Shown: piece after piece, positions 63,433-64,000 of the stretch | How positions within the stretch are numbered: the stretch's first letter is position 1 | How the letters are laid out: each line of letters opens with the position of its first letter | Assembly (NCBI RefSeq): GCF_963921235.1 | Contig: NC_086108.1 | Coordinates: forward strand, 101,434,001 to 101,498,000 | DNA from: Mobula hypostoma | Lineage: Eukaryota | DNA: 64,000 nucleotides | Reading direction: 5' to 3' | Program-made: the position numbers and the translations under genes | The notes under the pieces: model-generated | Seen by the model: the letters and a program-made list of their open reading frames with translations, nothing else | What the model was told of the DNA's origin: nothing | Database searches by the model: none

Positions 63433-64000
63433 TACAAGCTTGCTCTGTTAACAGCAGACACCAGCTGATCCAGTTTAAAGTTGTCCACCGTCTCCACTAT
63501 TCTAAACTCAGGTTGCACAGGATTTACCCTTCTGTCTTGCCAACGTGTGATAGATGTCAAGAGACGGAGGGTACATTGTCACACACTTTTTGGTTTTGCC
63601 CATCACTGACTGGATTTTAGTCCAAAATATTTGACTGATACTCAGAGGCTTATAAAAGATCCTTCCCTTTGGAAGTTGGTCTCGCCATCTTTGGCTGTTC
63701 GCAATCCACTCTATGCCTCCCTACAGCCATACAACAGCCTCTGATGCTGGGGATAACTGTCTCCAAAAGACTTACCTTGAGGGAATGGAAATCACCCTCT
63801 CCCCCTTCTCTTTGGAGATGGATGGCTGACATGATCTCAGTCATACAGATGGAGAGACTTGGGTTCTTGAGGACATAGACAGAGACAGACTTTATTGATC
63901 CCGAGGGAAATTGAGAACCAATTCAATTATAAAATTTTCGGCTATCTGGGATCCATTTCTTGCCTACTTAGATGAGGCCAGGGGCAGATAAATAATTTCC
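63433..64000 (+). mobile_element. L1-clade LINE ORF2 C-terminal zinc-knuckle fragment, with a ~38-bp Rex1 3' stub at ~63875-63913
   Basis: LIQFKVVHRLHYS..CDRCQETEGTLSHTFWFC..EWKSPSPPS. The stub is the reverse complement of CAATTTCCC..GGGATCAATAAAGT. Confidence 0.8.

Overview
Eukaryotic, repeat-saturated vertebrate DNA; the mix of CR1, Rex1/Babar, V-SINE and Penelope repeats suggests a cartilaginous fish (inference). I found no intact host gene, and almost all ORFs in the track are retroelement fragments or their antisense shadows. Content: many CR1 LINEs (two near-full-length with an esterase ORF1), Rex1/Babar LINEs, an RTE-X LINE, an L1 3' piece, V-SINE, solo LTRs and a split Chapaev3 DNA transposon. 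A complete but decayed Nimb/I-group LINE (5081-15932, 13-bp TSD) hosts the RTE-X and three Penelope-like elements (PLEs). The most notable hidden structure is a PLE family whose terminal repeat carries a minimal hammerhead ribozyme motif (about 8 copies) and which repeatedly inserts as 'tail-out' inverted pairs flanked by TSDs. Host-gene remnants are a frameshifted CLCA-like last exon (3473-3697) and a few weak candidate exons on the minus strand. Boundaries without a TSD are approximate.
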